Below, one piece after another: positions 55,699 through 64,000 of a stretch of DNA of 64,000 nucleotides (position 1 is the first letter of the stretch; each line of letters begins with the position of its first letter). The translations under genes were made by a program, and so were the position numbers. Where the stretch lies: contig CP075493.1 in the NCBI GenBank assembly GCA_021613535.1, forward strand, positions 5,828,001 to 5,892,000. The letters are read 5' to 3'. This DNA comes from Adineta vaga. Lineage: Eukaryota > Animalia > Rotifera. The notes under the pieces were generated by a model. That model was not told the origin of the DNA. It did not search any database and was given only the letters and a program-made list of their open reading frames with translations.

Positions 55699-56721
55699 AT
55701 GATGATTTACTACTATGTTTTATTCATGATTTTTTCTACAAATTTAATTGTATTTGCATCACCGGGTGATAATCATTATCTCTATCGTGCATGTTTAAAT
55801 CATTGCCAACAAATGAATTGTAGTACGCCATTAGGTTTTCAAGAATTTCAAGCAAAACAACCATTTTCAAACTCGATTTTACGATGGTCATGTTCAGATG
55901 AATGTGCATACGAATGCATGTGGAAAACTGTCGATCACATGCAAGAAAAAGGACAACCTGTAGTTCAATTTCATGGTAATAAATCTCACATGACGAATAG
56001 TATATCGTAGAAGTTAATATACAAAATGAAATGTTTAGGTAAATGGCCATTTGCACGTTTTCTTGGTATTCAAGAACCAGCATCGACATTTTTTTCGATT
56101 TTAAATCTTCTATCGAATTATCTATTTGGTTATAAAGTACTTCGTCGAAATCTTCGTTTTGGTATTCATCCACTTTATTCAATGTGGATGATTTTTTGTT
56201 TGATATCAATGAATGCTTGGATTTGGTCAACTATCTTTCATACACGTGATAAACCATTAACAGAAACTTTTGATTATATTGCAGCTATTTCTCTCGTATT
56301 CGCACAATTTATTTGTTGTATTATTCGTGTTGGTTATCGAACACAATTTATGCATTTAGCTCAACTCGCATCATTATTTGTATTCGGGTTTTTTCTTTAT
56401 CATGCATATTATTTACTTTTTATACATATGGATTTTGGTTATAATATGACTGTGAATATTGTTGTTGGTCTTCTCAATGTTATCTGTTGGCTTGTATGGG
56501 GTGCCTACAGTTATATTTCAGGAAAAACTTATGTTTGGCGTTGTATGTTATCTGTTTTGTTAACAATGATATTTGTTGCTTTTGAATTAGCTGATTTTCC
56601 ACCTATTGCTTGGACAATCGATGCACATTCAATATGGCATTTTTCAACCATTTTTTTACCTATTTTATGGTATCATTTTGTAGTAGATGATTCACGATAT
56701 TTACTTCTTCATACACGATAA
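55699..56721 (+). CDS. PGAP3: Post-GPI attachment to proteins factor 3 (Per1 family)
   Basis: ASPGD..YRAC..C; WSC.DEC.YECMW; QFHG|KWPF.RFLGIQEPAS..FS.LN; WSTIFHTRD..TE.FDY; ELADFPP..IDAHSIWH. Confidence 0.95.
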
Positions 56722-56927
56722 TTCTGTTGTTTTCTTTTTACTAATATTCATTCGCCAGATAGATAATTGAACTTGATATGTGACAATAAAATAAATATGT
56801 GATAAAATCATACTGATTATATAGTTAAGTAGAAATCTCAACTGTATAAACATGTTTTAAAATGATCATATTTTCGACAAATAAAATGTAAATGGTCAGC
56901 CTGACGTAGAGAATTTCTTGCATAAAA

Positions 56928-57430
56928 CACAAGAGCTAGAGGGAAAATCGTATCAGGAGGAAAAGCAACATTTGATAAGAGCTGACATCTCAGATTTCGA
57001 TGAAATTTTGCCAATATGTAGCCCTAACTGAGATATGAAAACGCTAAAAATTTTACCTTCCAAAACCCTTTCGTTGCTGAGATATCGAGCTCAGAATAGG
57101 GGTACCCTTAGGTCAAAAATGACTATAATTGATGCTGGTCATAGACATTGTATATCTCACCATTTCTTAACAATAAGGTTTCAAGTCATGAAGGTGTAGT
57201 CTGCTGTAGAGTATTCTATATGGTGACCGATATGACTCACTATGTCATCTGTGGGTTTTTGTATGATATCGATTTAGAAAAGGTTCTTTGTTTGATAGTA
57301 CTCCGACTTCCAAGTCATTCATATATTAAAGTTTCAAGATTTAGTCTATTCATCAATTTTATCGTTTTAAAATGTAGAATCAATTGTTGCTCTAGAGCCG
57401 ATGGGAAAAGTACGGGCACTTGAACACGCA
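56928..57430. mobile_element. Possible non-autonomous transposon or repeat remnant
   Basis: Non-coding, GC-richer island with internal direct and inverted copies of CTGAGAT/ATCTCAG. Boundaries and target-site duplication were not found. Confidence 0.3.
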
Positions 57431-57526
57431 AACGAAATCATTTGTCTGACAACGTACCAAAATGTTTCAAGAGAAAAATTTATCAAATTTCCTATTTGAA
57501 AAAAAAATCTAATCTAATTTATTGAT

Positions 57527-58456
57527 TCATTTATTCATCACAACATCTGTTTCACAGTCACTCGAAACTTCTTCAGTTTCTCTCTTTGTTTGTTCGATTA
57601 GTTCATTACATAAAACAATCGGAACATCTACTTGCCATAAATTTTCCGGATTTCTAAGATAAATTTTCAATTGTATTTTATACTCAATCGTTAAATTGAA
57701 TTGTGATCGTTCTCCATCTTGATCATATTTAAATTTAAATGTTGGTGGTAAATAAATTTCCTCAGGAATTCTCAATAGAACTTTATGTCGTATTAATTTC
57801 GGTTTCGAATCAATTACATTGACATTATCAATCGTATTTTTCACATCTTCTTGATGAATATTTGACTCAACAAGATAATAAATTCCTAAACTAACATCAA
57901 CTGTTTGAATAAGTTTTTCTAATGGATTTTGTAATTCATAAAAAATGACAATCGTATCACCGAATTTAAATGCTGAACGATTAACTTTAATCTGAAGTTT
58001 CGTACCATAATTATGATTATCGATCGGTCCGAAAATGAATGGAGTTAACAGCGATGGTTGATCGATTTGTAATCGAGGACAGATACGTAATGGAAGAGAA
58101 GAATAAATTCGATCTTTCGATGTTTGATAAATTAAATTCAATGAATAAGATATCTGTGGAAAGATATTCGATTGATTGAATGATGGTGGAAGATGTTCAT
58201 TTAATGGTAATTGAAAAGTTTGTGTTGAAGAAGATGATGCATTTAATGGAAATGTTGATGAAAAGAAGATTATTTCACGATATTCAATTTGTTTCTTCTT
58301 ATGTTTTTTAAATCGAACAGTACCAATTAATATAATCAATAAGTCATCTTTGATTACATTTGTTATAGTGCCACAAACAATATCATTTGGTAGATAAATA
58401 GCATCGGGATGTTGAAGTTCAATTTGATGACGATGATGTTGTTGTATATTACCCAT
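57527..58456 (-). CDS. Alpha-arrestin (arrestin-domain) protein, single exon
   Basis: Y.PND.V.G.I, F.LP..LPPSF, ISYSL, F.GD.I, IP...PPT, IEYKI..VPIVL; N-terminal MG (possible myristoylation). Confidence 0.85.
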   Translation of the reverse strand: MGNIQQHHRHQIELQHPDAIYLPNDIVCGTITNVIKDDLLIILIGTVRFKKHKKKQIEYREIIFFSSTFPLNASSSSTQTFQLPLNEHLPPSFNQSNIFPQISYSLNLIYQTSKDRIYSSLPLRICPRLQIDQPSLLTPFIFGPIDNHNYGTKLQIKVNRSAFKFGDTIVIFYELQNPLEKLIQTVDVSLGIYYLVESNIHQEDVKNTIDNVNVIDSKPKLIRHKVLLRIPEEIYLPPTFKFKYDQDGERSQFNLTIEYKIQLKIYLRNPENLWQVDVPIVLCNELIEQTKRETEEVSSDCETDVVMNK

Positions 58457-58778
58457 TGAAATAGATATGTAATGTACTTTGCCTTTGATAAAGAGTATAT
58501 CTATATGTGTGAGATAGACAGAACAGGTTTATTAAGGCGTATTATTACAAATGAAAATGATGCATAGGTAAGCATATATATATCTCGGATACTTTTTAAC
58601 CTTTATTTACTCATGATATATATCTTGTTATTCTATTTCTATGAAGAAAATAAATATATTTATTCAAAGCTTTTCTTTTCTCTTTCTGTGCAAAACAATA
58701 AGAATAGATTTATTGATCGTATTGCACGCTATGTCATTTTATTGTGAAATTGCGTCATAGAAAAATCAATCAAATGCT

Positions 58779-60661
<1,883 letters not shown>

Positions 60662-61075
60662 ACGTACGATCTTAAAAAAATATCAAACTTGACTTTTTAT
60701 TGTTTAAATTAATTCATATTTCCTTTGCATTATTATAGGTTCTCTTTTTATTCTACTTTTACTGAACAGATTTAATCACGATCCTATTGTATGCTTTTTC
60801 TTGCCTAGTGTGAAGAACAAAGTCCACACCTTTCTTGTTGAATCAACAAACCAAAAAGATAAAGTATCTGTGAGTATAGAAAGACAATCTAATGATAACA
60901 AAGTATTTTGATGATTGAAATAATGTAATGTGTTGACATTTGAAAAAGAACATAGATAAATTCCAAAGTACAAATGGGAACGTAGATTAGAATTGATTTT
61001 GTAAAATAAATCATACATTAACTGTATTAGAAAAGTCGCTAGTTAAAAAAATTTGCTTTCAATTCGAAAATGTTT

Positions 61076-62809
61076 TTAAAATTCCCATTTATCATCACGT
61101 ACACCACGCATTATAATACGAGTAGTTACAGCTGTTGCTAAAGCAGCAAATGCCCAAAACCAAAATCCACCAATTCGTGGTATTGGAAGAATATTTCGAC
61201 GAACTTTCGCTAATGATTCGAGAAAAGCTGTTTTCTGTTGTGTATAAGGAGGATTACGTTTTGAAAGAATTATCTCTGACCATGTTGGTGAATAGACCAC
61301 TGAACGTGAATGACTAAATGTATCAAATGAATATCTGCCATGATAATTTCCAAGACCACTTTCTCCAACTCCACCGAATGGTAATGAAGGTGGAGCAATT
61401 TGAAAGATTACATCATTAACACAAGTTGAACCAGAACTAGTTGAATTAATAATTGTTTTTGCTAAAGTTTTATTCGAAGTAAAAATATAGAGTGCCAATG
61501 GTTTAGAACGAGCATTTATAAATTCAATTGCTTCATGTTCATTTTTAACAGTGACAAATGGAAGAATAGGTCCAAAGATTTCTTCTTGCATTACTTTATC
61601 ATTTTCAGTTACATTTGTCCTAAGAAGAGAAGAAAAAAACCCATAGAATGTTCGTAGAAAATATGTAGAATAGATGTGTACACATACATAATTGTTGGTG
61701 AAATATAATTACTGTTTGCATCGGTTTGTCCACCGTGAACAACTTTTGTTGTATCAATTAATTTTTTCACACGTTCAAAATGTCGTTCATTTACAATATG
61801 ACAATAGGAATTGAACTCATTGCATTATCTGTAAAGAATGATCGCCAAGCTTTGACAATTTCTGGTATCAAACGATTTTCTGTTACTTTAGAACATAGAA
61901 CATAATCAGGTGCTAAACTAAAATAAAGAAGACAGAAAAGAACATGACCGATAAACAAAAGTCATTATATTTACCATGTTTGTCCGCAATTGACTGTTTT
62001 TCCCCATGCAAGACGTTTTGCTGTAACTGATATATTCGCATCATCCGCAATATAAACTGGACTTTTACCACCACATTCTAATACAACTGGTATCAGTCTT
62101 TCGGCTACTGTTTTCGATACAATTTTACCAACCATTGTTGAACCAGTATAAAATACATGATCAATATTGCCATTAAGTAGCGCCTGTGTTTGATCAATAG
62201 CACCAAGTACAACACGAATACAAGATGTATCGAGATAACGTTCAATCATAGTTGCTATAGCTGCAGCTGAATTTGGTGCTAATTCTGATGGCTTGACAAT
62301 AGCACAATTTCCAGCAGAAATTGCACCAATTAACGGTGATAATGTTAATAAAAATGGATAATTCCATGCACCAATAATTAAACAAATACCATAAGGTTCA
62401 GGATGAACATATTTATCCATAGTTGCAAATGCCAATGAATCTGATCGAGCTTCATCTTTTACCCATTCATCGATATGATTCAGAATATGATTACATTCAT
62501 TTCGAATCTATATTGAATAGCAAGAAGTAGATAACAAATAAATTCGTTGAATCAAGAAATGTCTAGAAAACTACTTACAACACCACAATCGAATAGATAC
62601 GTTTCAGTACTTGGACGAGAAAAATCGGTATGTGCTGCTGAAGCAAAAAATTCTTTCTGTTCATCGCACATTTTATATAATTGTTCAAGTTGTTTTTTAC
62701 GCCATGCTACTGATTTCGTTTTACCAGATTTAAACGAATCACGAAGATCTTTAAAGATACCTTCTATACTAGATACTGGCGTGTCAGTCATTTTTGTTTT
62801 TGTCGACAT
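61076..62809 (-). CDS. ALDH3: Aldehyde dehydrogenase family 3, fatty-aldehyde (ALDH3A2-like) with C-terminal TM; 1-nt frameshift near 61810
   Basis: GAWNYP, KPSE, FYTGST.VG, LECGGKSP, NCGQTC|LAPDY, EEIFGPILP, PFGGVG.SG; hydrophobic tail. Confidence 0.92.
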
Positions 62810-63144
62810 GTCAAGCTTGATTGCCTTGTTTTTTGATTACTCAGGTAAAAAAAGAGAACAAATTTATCTTCAATGTTCGCCTCGGCAAACAACGAAAGTT
62901 ATACTCAAATACAGAATGAATAGGTTGTAATTGTTATCTTCATTCGTTTTTCCATGTCGCTTAAGCATAAAACAAGTTGAAGATCAACAGAAAAGATGTC
63001 GCACACAACTGACTGAATGAAGGAATTCACATTTTCTTATGTAAAACAACGAGTAATATTATTGCTAAAGATTTGTATACAGAAAAAAAAGAGAAATCAT
63101 TCGAAATAATAATTTTAAAAAAAACAACATTAAAGAAATATTTC

Positions 63145-64000
63145 CTATGATGATTTTTCAATTCGATGTTGGTCATCGAAACGATGATCATGAAGTTCCT
63201 GTCGACAAAGATCATATTCTTCTTTAGTTTGAAAGATATGTGCATGAAATGGTGAACCATATACATGTTCACCACTCCATTTAACTGATACAATATAATC
63301 TCCATGTTCAGTTGGATTATATCGACAAACAATTGTACGATCTTGCAAATGTTCACGTTGCATTTCGACACGAAAAGCACCTTTTGGACCACGAACTTTG
63401 ACTGTTAATTGTCCAGCACCTATACAAAAAGAAAGATTTCAGTTTGTAAATGAAAATAAAAGATTAGATTCCTATTCTTTACCTGCTCCTTTTGTTTCAC
63501 AGACGAAATGAGAGTGAAATGTTGATAGAACTCCATGTTCAATGCCTGGCCCATATACACGTACTTTATCTAAATATTTATTCAATTTCTTCGAAAATGT
63601 TTCTACGGCAATCATTGTATACATACTTGCATCAAGTGGACCGCTCACTTTAATCGTATATGGACTTCCTGATACATGCATTCCATTGTATTTAATCGTT
63701 AATAAATGTTTTCCAGTTTCTTCAGGTTTAATATATAATGAAAATGTACCATCACGATGATCAAATAATCTACAAATTGCTTTCTTATTCATTCCTTGAC
63801 AGTACACTGTTAATTCTCCTGGATCTGTTGTTCGTGTATCAATAAGACATGTTGATTCCTTCTCTACAATACCTACACGTAAACCATCACCTGAACAAAC
63901 GACTCGTGATGATGCATGATTATTCGTCACATTCGGTAAAACATTGACTTTAAATGGTGATCCACGAATTTGTCGTTCTGCCCATAATATATTCAATAGA
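63145..64000 (-). CDS. Filamin-repeat protein, C-terminal part (jitterbug-like; partial)
   Basis: Repeated Ig-filamin motifs GSPF.V, V.CSGDGL, DGTF...Y.P, GSPY, VYGPGIE, AGAGQL.V.VRGP. Confidence 0.9.

Noticed and set aside
53445-56230. Antisense ORFs over the Cys-rich gene, SAR1 region and PGAP3
   Set aside because: They are shadows of real genes on the opposite strand.

Overview
AT-rich, gene-dense eukaryotic (animal) DNA with many ~50-65 nt GT-AG introns. The gene style suggests a bdelloid rotifer (inference, not proven). All gene models were spliced by hand. On the + strand: the end of an unknown gene, an uncharacterised gene with fungal-looking motifs, a cytoplasmic intermediate filament (IF) gene, two tandem transmembrane C-type lectins, seven tandem ubiquitin-conjugating (E2/UBC-fold) genes, VPS16, an IF-rod/EF-hand fusion gene, an apparently intact IR/DR-type Tc1 transposon, a GPCR and PGAP3. 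On the - strand: a glypican-like gene, WAPL, a Cys-rich surface protein, SAR1, an alpha-arrestin, an ETNPPL/PHYKPL-like enzyme, ALDH3 and the 3' end of a filamin. The best leads are (1) the diversified E2 array, with a catalytically dead member, acidic inserts and varied E3-binding loops; (2) the IF-rod + EF-hand fusion; (3) the intact IR/DR transposon; (4) operon-like spacing with splice acceptors directly before start codons, including an ALDH3-ETNPPL pair; and (5) a horizontal-transfer candidate. Two 1-nt frameshifts (E2 copy 5 and ALDH3) may be assembly errors. No rRNA, tRNA or CRISPR array was seen.
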